Positions 61,586 to 64,000 of a stretch of DNA of 64,000 nucleotides are shown piece after piece. The notes under the pieces are model-generated. The model was not told the DNA's origin. It saw nothing but the letters and a program-made list of their open reading frames with translations, and ran no database searches. Each line of letters begins with the position of its first letter. Positions within the stretch are counted from its first letter, which is position 1. The stretch is from NCBI GenBank assembly GCA_030390025.1, contig CM059432.1, positions 125,862,001 to 125,926,000 on the forward strand, written 5' to 3'. The translations under genes and the position numbers were made by a program. This DNA is from Squalus acanthias. Its lineage: Eukaryota.

Positions 61586-63417
61586 TAGAAAGGGAGATGA
61601 AGGTGAGAGGAGAGAAACTCAGATAGATAAAAACGAGAGAGAGAATGAAACAGAAATGGAGGAGGAGATTAAAAAACAGAAGCGGAAGAGGAGAGTGTGA
61701 GAAATAGAAGTGAAGAGAGTAGAAACAACTGAAAGAGGACAGCGTGAAATACAGAACTGAAAGAAAGAAAAACAAGTGAGGGAGGAAGGACAAAAAACAG
61801 AAGTGATGGAGGATAGAGAGAAAAACAGATTTGAAGGAGGAAAGGATGAGCATTTTTCTGCAGACTTAAAATTACCAGTATCCTTAGCTAGAGAGCGAGA
61901 GGCTGCGAGTTTTATAATGGAGCTCAGGCTGAAAAAAAATGAAAACCACTTATCAGGTTGTTTTGTGATAGTCAAGAATGACCATTAGCTTGACCAAGAA
62001 TTGAATGAAGGTTGATTAAATATGAGAATAAAATATATTTGCTTTAGAGCTTCCAGATTTTTCTCCCAATAAAATTAGACTTGTCTATCCTTGTTCTCCT
62101 GTACCAAGCTCAGAAGGAGGCAGGCTACAAGTATGGATATCAAATTGAGAATATTGTGCATGATCTGTCTCCCACACAGTGAGATTGTTTGGTTGTGGTG
62201 GACTTGATTGGGTAGGAATGGTTTTGACTGGTGGGTTATTTGTTCTGAGGTGAAGAATTTGGAACTCTAGAGGCTAAATAAATTGGCAGCACACTTACAT
62301 CTTTGAAATTAACAAATGGACAATGTCAGGCAGTGGACAGTGATTAGAATAGAGTAACTTTCACTGCATTTGGATTATAGAGTAGGGGCCACACCGGTGC
62401 TACCATGATTACAGTAAAGACACTGCAAACTATGCTGGGCAGCGGATGGTTCCTGTGGACTTAATACCAGTTTTTCACATCACAGGGAATGAATTAATTG
62501 CATTTCTGTACGAACACAAAGATATAGTGAGATTTAGTGTAAATTGCTTTCAGGAAATAGGGTAAGGGACTAATTAATGGCCTTTCATTAATGACCAGAA
62601 AATTGCGAGCGCTGCATATTTGGTACGCTGACCTCCTCCCCTGATTCTCTGGTCTTCATCCTTAGCAAGCGAGACTGCCAGGAGTAAAGTAATTTTGAGC
62701 TCATGTATATATGTATATAAAATGTGTGTACATAAATTGTATGTATATCCAATGGGCTATATTTTCTGATGGAGTTACACCAGGGTGGTGGCATATCTCT
62801 AGTTTGGCATGGGTAGGAAATTGTTTCTGAGCCACACTGCTGGCTCTATGCTGCACCCTTTAATTTCTGGGACTTCCTGCTGGAAATTACCATGAGTGTA
62901 CAATATGTCCATCCATATATGGGCAGAAATATTGTCCAAGTGACAGAATACGTCATTCAACGTATTTTCTGTCATTTGCACCATAGCAACATTGGATGAC
63001 AGGATTGTTGTTATGTCCTTGGCATTCAGCGTTGCTATGGCAAAGGAGGAGAGGATTTAAATGTTGCAGCCCAGAAAGCCTGTGGAATTTGTGGCAGGAT
63101 TATGGCCCCAAATTCTGAAAATATAAACATAGTTCTCCTGAACTTTTATTGGTAGCACAGAGACCGCAGGCAACACTATACTTTGGTAGCTTACGAGGCT
63201 TGCCACAACCAATCTTCACTTCAACTCCCCTAGTTAGACTCCTGGCAGAGGCCAGATATCCCATCAAATTAGACCGGAAAATCATCCAGCGCCAGGAATA
63301 AATCTTTGTGGTGGACGGAAGTTGCACCACGCCGAAGCTATGCCCCAATTCCACAAAAGCGAAATATCTAGCCCAATGTGCATACGTATATTCACAAAAA
63401 ATGTTAAAACATGTAAT

Positions 63418-63515
63418 GGTAGATTTTATGAATTTGTGCTCCCAATGTAGAGCTTCGGAAGTACATGGGGGGTGGGCAGGCAGAGGTCCATTATTTGGCT
63501 TCATGAAATCTACCC
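63418..63515. mobile_element. About 100-bp MITE
   Basis: TIR ggtagattttatgaa / ttcatgaaatctacc (1 mismatch). Confidence 0.55.
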
Positions 63516-63915
63516 TATAGGGGTGATTCGACAAATTGGCACTCCCAGCGGGTAGCTGCACTAGTAGGGAGCGCATGTCACAGGGCTCTCTGTGGTTTCC
63601 AAAGATGTGCTCCCTGTCAGTGCTTTTCCCTGCTGGGAGCACGGGATCATTGAATCACCTCTTGTAACAATGGCACTCATGGGGGAAAAAAAACAGACCA
63701 AGCCAATGCAATTTCCTGCCAGATTAGTGTTTACTTTAGTTGAAGGTCCATTTGGGCAGTAATAAGTCGCCACAGAGGTCAAATATTGGCCCTAAATTTG
63801 CGGTCAGCGGCGAAGCAAAGGCGTTCACCGCTAGCTCCGAAGTAAACGTCGCACAAAGATCTCGCGATCTCTGTGTCGAGAAGTTTGGGTTTTCTGACAT
63901 TCAATCCAAATCAAC

Positions 63916-64000
63916 GGGGTAACACGGTGGCATAGTGGTTAGCACTGGTGCCTCACAGCGCCAGAGACCCGGGTTCGAATCTGGCCTCGGGTGACTGTCT
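63916..64000 (+). mobile_element. HE1-type SINE tRNA-derived head (runs off the window); probably inserted in a MITE starting at about 63788
   Basis: A box tggcatagtgg, B box ggttcgaatct, followed by cgggtgactgtct. Confidence 0.85.

Noticed and set aside
63916..63985. tRNA gene
   Set aside because: A/B boxes run directly into SINE body sequence; it is a SINE head. The same applies to 47990-48068 and 58441-58510.

Overview
Eukaryotic, repeat-dense non-coding DNA. The repeat families (HER1-type CR1 LINEs, HE1-type V-SINEs, SacSINE1-like DeuSINEs) point to a cartilaginous fish, most likely a shark. I found no recognisable host protein-coding exon. Almost every ORF in the track is a decayed CR1 reverse transcriptase, a Harbinger transposase or Myb/SANT remnant, an antisense shadow of these, or a simple-repeat translation. 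Contents: about 16 CR1 fragments from two families (mostly on the minus strand), L2 and RTE relics, SINEs, five decayed two-gene PIF/Harbinger elements plus many Harbinger MITEs with 3-bp TSDs, a hAT element with a perfect 8-bp TSD, and three tandem arrays. The most interesting structures are two short, non-coding, TSD-flanked hairpin insertions (56187-56455 and 33122-33463). Each carries minimal hammerhead-ribozyme motifs on both strands and looks like a non-autonomous Penelope-like (pLTR-derived) element. Coordinates were read by eye, so the ends of decayed repeats are approximate.
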